DNA of 20,000 bases from Theionarchaea archaeon (lineage in GTDB: Archaea > Methanobacteriota_B > Thermococci > Methanofastidiosales > SZ-28-30): positions 60,841 through 80,840 of the forward strand of contig JACVGW010000002.1 of assembly GCA_018992565.1 (NCBI GenBank), written 5' to 3'. Below, piece by piece: positions 16,508 to 20,000 of the stretch. The notes under the pieces are model-generated. The model was not told where the DNA came from and ran no database searches. It was given only the letters and a program-made list of their open reading frames with translations. The number at the start of each line of letters is the position of its first letter. Positions within the stretch are counted from its first letter, which is position 1. Made by a program: the position numbers and the translations under genes.

Positions 16508-17875
16508 TCAGGGTCGACATGACTTTTGTCTGAAGTGTTCCCATATAGCCAGAACCAGCAACGCCACGAGGAGCGCAACAATCAGCAGACCTCGAAATGG
16601 GATGGACGAACTGGTGTACTCATTCTCTGCCTGGTTCATTACCTCGATATACTCATCAAGGTTAGTGCACAGAACAGCTTTTTTCTGAGCTGCAAGGGCG
16701 CGAGGGGTTTCTTTTCCTGTTGTTATGTCTTCCAGATAGTGATTCCAAACTTGCTGGGTGAGAGCGAAGGCTTCTTCCATGTGGTCTATGTTGTCAAACT
16801 CACACACTGGTCCTCCTCCGTGATCGCAATCCCACTGCGGATCAATCAATCCATGCCCGGATATTTCGGGGCCACTGAGACTTTCGGGCACACTCATCCA
16901 GGGGACACCGCGCCCTGACCAGAAGGATTTGTCAAATGACTCATTTTCATCCTCAGGAGATACCACGGCTGCCACTACATAGTCATATGGCCTGTCGGAG
17001 ACACCTTCACTGCTGAGTGTTACCCATCCGTGGCCTGACACGTAGAACTGAACTATGTAGTGAGTCTGCAAGACAGGGGCCAATGTTGGATAGACTGCCA
17101 AAATACGTGCAGGTATACCATTCGTACGGAATAATGCGGCTCCAAGGTTAGCATAGCTGGTACAGTACCCTCCTTCATGCAGAGCTTCTACTGCGTCAGT
17201 ACTCTGAGGATCACCAAATTCAATTTTGTTGAGGAATTCTGCTATTCCATTGCAAATTCTCACGACATCGTTTCCACTCCCTCGCAGTCTCTTGGCGGTT
17301 TCCTGGATTTCGGGGTGATCCGCCTGAACAGAAGCTGTAGATTCGAGCCATACCATGACATCCTGGGGTAAATCCTCACTTGCAGCAACTTCAATTTTCT
17401 CAGATAGTATGTCCCCATAGTCACGATCTCTCATCAGAACGAATCCATCCCACTTCACATCCACAGCGTCACCCTTGTTCAAGTGGTGAAAGGTCACCTC
17501 ACAGATCCAGTTGAATTCATCTCTTTTCCTGGTAACCACAGTTTTTACAGCATCTTCTGGATCAAACCGAAGTTCAAAGTAGAGGGGAACCTGATTCTCA
17601 AATTCCAGAGGGATAGGAAATGCTATTTGTGGCTCTTCCACATCTTCTTCGGCCACGATTCGAAGCCGGAACACTGCATAGGCAATACCCGGGTCAAGCA
17701 TGCGCTGAATAGGCGCAGGGAATGACTTCTCAGTTCCATAGTCTGGAAGTTCTACTTCCTCATCAGGGATAGTGTCTTTGACGACACTTTCGTATACCAT
17801 TGACGCGCCTGTAACCACGACCATCACTATCAACAAAAGGTATGCTTTTCTTGTTTTTGATATCATGCTTTTCAT
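16508..17875 (-). CDS. Transglutaminase-like domain protein with N-terminal signal/TM and C-terminal TM anchor
   Basis: Motifs VQADHPEI, DAVEAL..GGYCTSYANLGAALFRTNGIPAR and THYIVQFYV.G.GWV. Hydrophobic segments at both ends and a basic C-tail. Confidence 0.85.
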   Translation of the reverse strand: MKSMISKTRKAYLLLIVMVVVTGASMVYESVVKDTIPDEEVELPDYGTEKSFPAPIQRMLDPGIAYAVFRLRIVAEEDVEEPQIAFPIPLEFENQVPLYFELRFDPEDAVKTVVTRKRDEFNWICEVTFHHLNKGDAVDVKWDGFVLMRDRDYGDILSEKIEVAASEDLPQDVMVWLESTASVQADHPEIQETAKRLRGSGNDVVRICNGIAEFLNKIEFGDPQSTDAVEALHEGGYCTSYANLGAALFRTNGIPARILAVYPTLAPVLQTHYIVQFYVSGHGWVTLSSEGVSDRPYDYVVAAVVSPEDENESFDKSFWSGRGVPWMSVPESLSGPEISGHGLIDPQWDCDHGGGPVCEFDNIDHMEEAFALTQQVWNHYLEDITTGKETPRALAAQKKAVLCTNLDEYIEVMNQAENEYTSSSIPFRGLLIVALLVALLVLAIWEHFRQKSCRP

Positions 17876-18120
17876 ACTATCATCTTCTCCTATACCATTC
17901 TATCGTAGGTAGTATCTACTTATGCAGTAGTATGTAAGCTCTTCTTCATAAATGTTCTTTTGTTCTAATGTGCAATTTTCTTTTCGGAGAAAAGAGAGAT
18001 GTGGGGAATCTGATTTTCATCCATCATGTATCGTCAGGCTGGTAGAAGATGCAGCAAGAGAGTGCCCATAACGCGGGATAAATATAGGGATTCCCGCATT
18101 TCCATGAATTGACCTTTATA

Positions 18121-18135
18121 GAAACCCTTTTATAC
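18121..18135 (+). promoter_or_regulatory. Archaeal BRE/TATA promoter of the radical SAM gene
   Basis: GAAACCCTTTTATAC: purine-rich BRE followed by TTTTATA, about 35 nt upstream of ATG 18168. Confidence 0.5.
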
Positions 18136-18167
18136 TCCTTGTAAGAATTCCAGAAAGAGCTGTTGAT

Positions 18168-19994
18168 ATGGACAGAAAAATACATTTTCCAGTCAATAAA
18201 GACTATATTCTGGAATTTGACAGTAATAATAGAAAAATAGACTTGTTGGAGTGGCAAGAGTTCGAAAATGTGAGACTTATCAACAGTGAGGAAGAAGAAG
18301 TTGCTGAAATCCCTTTTGCAAGATCAGACGATATCAGTGTGGTTGTAATACCCTCTCATTTCTGTAACCTCTCGTGCAAATATTGCCATGATGGAACCAT
18401 GACATCTAGCATTCAGAAGCTGGAGAAGAATATGATTGATTCCATTTTTGATTTCCTAGAACAATTTGAAGAAAATAAGGTGGTAAAATGGACGCTCATG
18501 GGGGGAGAACCATTTCATCATGTAGTGGAGGAATCAGTACTCTGCCTGATGGAAAGAATAAAAGAAAGAGGGGAGCCAATTCACGCTATTTGTAATGGAA
18601 CATTGCTGAATGAAGTGTATGCGAACTATCTGGATTCTGTTCAGATAGCGCTGGATGGAACAAGAGAATTCCATGACTATAGACGATTGTATCCTGATGG
18701 GAAAGGATCATTTCAGGATACTGTCAATGGTATAGAGACCGCACTAGCCTGTGATACCAGTGTCAGTGTGAGAGTACATGTAGATGCCCATAACATTAAT
18801 AACGTGCCAGAGCTCCTACATTACCTGTCGTCGAAAGGATATTTATCCAAAAAGCATTTTGAAGTGTATATGTACCCCCTGAGCGAATCAGGAAGTTTTG
18901 ATTATCAGTATTTTACTGATGAGCTCTCTCTGGTGAAAAGGGCAGTGTATTTAATGAGAGAATACCCACATCTGAGAAAAACAAAATGGAGGTTTCAAGG
19001 AATAGAGTTGTTCGAGAATATACGTGAGGGGAAGGAATTTCCCACAGCAGATTTTCATTTCTGCTGTGCACATTCAAATCAAATCGTTTTTGATCCCCAG
19101 GGCGATGTGTATGTTTGCTGGGTTGGCCTGGAAAAGGAACACTTCAAGATCGGCAAGTATTGCCCTGAAAAAAGACTATATAAGGGTTTATTCAAAAGAT
19201 GGCGGGACAGGAACATGATAAATCTTGAGGAGTGTTGTTCTTGTTATTTCCAGCCTGTTTGCGGAGGAGACTGTTCTCACAAAGCATACAAAGAAACGAA
19301 GAAATCTGGAGATCCAAGATGTGTACCTGTCTTGGAGATACTAGAAGAATGGGTACCGCTCCTTCTTGATAACTTCGAAATGGTGGAAAGAACCTCTTTT
19401 GAGAGGTGGGATTTTGAGAAATGGGCAGATAATTATGATGCTTCTGTCAAATCAAAAGGCTGGCTACATTCAGATTACGAAAAAATTCTAAGAGAAGTCT
19501 CCAACAGAGCTACTGGATCATTCTTGGTGGATATTGGTGCTGGAACAGGTAACATCCTCCAATACTTGAGGGAAGGAATACGATATGTGGGGATAGAACC
19601 TTCCCCCAATATGAGAAGAGTCTTCAGAGAAAAACACAGAGACAAAGAAGTATATTCTGGACATTTCCTCTATGTACCACTCATGAGTAGAATTGCAGAC
19701 ACTGTTCTCAGCTCATATGCCTTTCATCACGTCAGGGATGAGGATAAAGAAAGGTCAATAGAGGAAATGCTTCGATTGCTCAAGAATGGTGGGAAGCTGG
19801 TTATAGGAGACATAATGTTTCAATCCGAAGACGAGAAAGCCAGAATTGGAGAAGAAGACAATATTCTGGAAGATGTAAATGATGAATATTTCGCGTCTAT
19901 AGATCACATGAAGAACATTCTGGATACGCTGCAGATGAAGTCAGTATTTACACAGATAAATCGGTACATATGGATCATGGAGGTCTTTACTTGA
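18168..19994 (+). CDS. Radical SAM/SPASM domain protein fused to a C-terminal class I SAM-dependent methyltransferase
   Basis: CNLSCKYC (CxxxCxxC), GGEP, QIALDG..E.HD.RR. SPASM cysteines CC...GDVYVC...C-CS-C-YFQPV-C-GGD-C...C. From about nt 19400 an MTase domain: FEKWADNYD, VDIGAGTG, GIEPS..M, SSYAFHH, LK.GGKLVIGD. Confidence 0.93.
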   Translation: MDRKIHFPVNKDYILEFDSNNRKIDLLEWQEFENVRLINSEEEEVAEIPFARSDDISVVVIPSHFCNLSCKYCHDGTMTSSIQKLEKNMIDSIFDFLEQFEENKVVKWTLMGGEPFHHVVEESVLCLMERIKERGEPIHAICNGTLLNEVYANYLDSVQIALDGTREFHDYRRLYPDGKGSFQDTVNGIETALACDTSVSVRVHVDAHNINNVPELLHYLSSKGYLSKKHFEVYMYPLSESGSFDYQYFTDELSLVKRAVYLMREYPHLRKTKWRFQGIELFENIREGKEFPTADFHFCCAHSNQIVFDPQGDVYVCWVGLEKEHFKIGKYCPEKRLYKGLFKRWRDRNMINLEECCSCYFQPVCGGDCSHKAYKETKKSGDPRCVPVLEILEEWVPLLLDNFEMVERTSFERWDFEKWADNYDASVKSKGWLHSDYEKILREVSNRATGSFLVDIGAGTGNILQYLREGIRYVGIEPSPNMRRVFREKHRDKEVYSGHFLYVPLMSRIADTVLSSYAFHHVRDEDKERSIEEMLRLLKNGGKLVIGDIMFQSEDEKARIGEEDNILEDVNDEYFASIDHMKNILDTLQMKSVFTQINRYIWIMEVFT

Positions 19995-20000
19995 GTGATA

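Noticed and set aside
17880..18167. Search for a RiPP precursor directly upstream of the rSAM (e.g. 28-aa MYRQAGRRCSKRVPITRDKYRDSRISMN from ATG 18026)
   Set aside because: No RBS, no leader/core character, and it lies upstream of the rSAM's own TATA box.
1..20000. CRISPR arrays, tRNA/rRNA genes, transposases/integrases
   Set aside because: No regularly spaced repeats, cloverleaf-like or rRNA-like sequence, or mobile-element ORFs were seen by eye.

Overview
This is a gene-dense archaeal window, probably from a metagenome-assembled scaffold (100-N gap at 12787-12886). Archaeal origin is inferred from TATA boxes 21-22 nt before many start codons, GGAGGTGA-type RBSs and the gene content; a Theionarchaea/Thermococci-related lineage is a guess only. 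The left half is mostly peptide/amino-acid metabolism and housekeeping: a partial aldehyde:ferredoxin oxidoreductase missing from the ORF track, an Fpg/Nei glycosylase, a class-III aminotransferase with a divergent Lrp, DUF92, a CX5R phosphatase, an M20 peptidase, an SDR and a CrtI-like FAD oxidoreductase. The right half has a LeuC/LeuD-family dehydratase with homoaconitase-like motifs, a gapped methyltransferase, a cupin, a DUF6512-like membrane protein, two exported proteins (PQQ-like beta-propeller and transglutaminase-like) and a radical SAM/SPASM-methyltransferase fusion. Two items stand out. The first is a 320-aa protein with two Lrp-like HTH modules lying tail-to-tail (4-nt overlap) with a 67-aa signal-peptide-bearing peptide ending GGGGGAPG, a possible peptide/regulator module. 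The second is the rSAM-SPASM-MTase fusion, a candidate RiPP maturase with no precursor visible in the window. An uncalled 43-aa ORF coupled to the DUF6512-like gene was also found.
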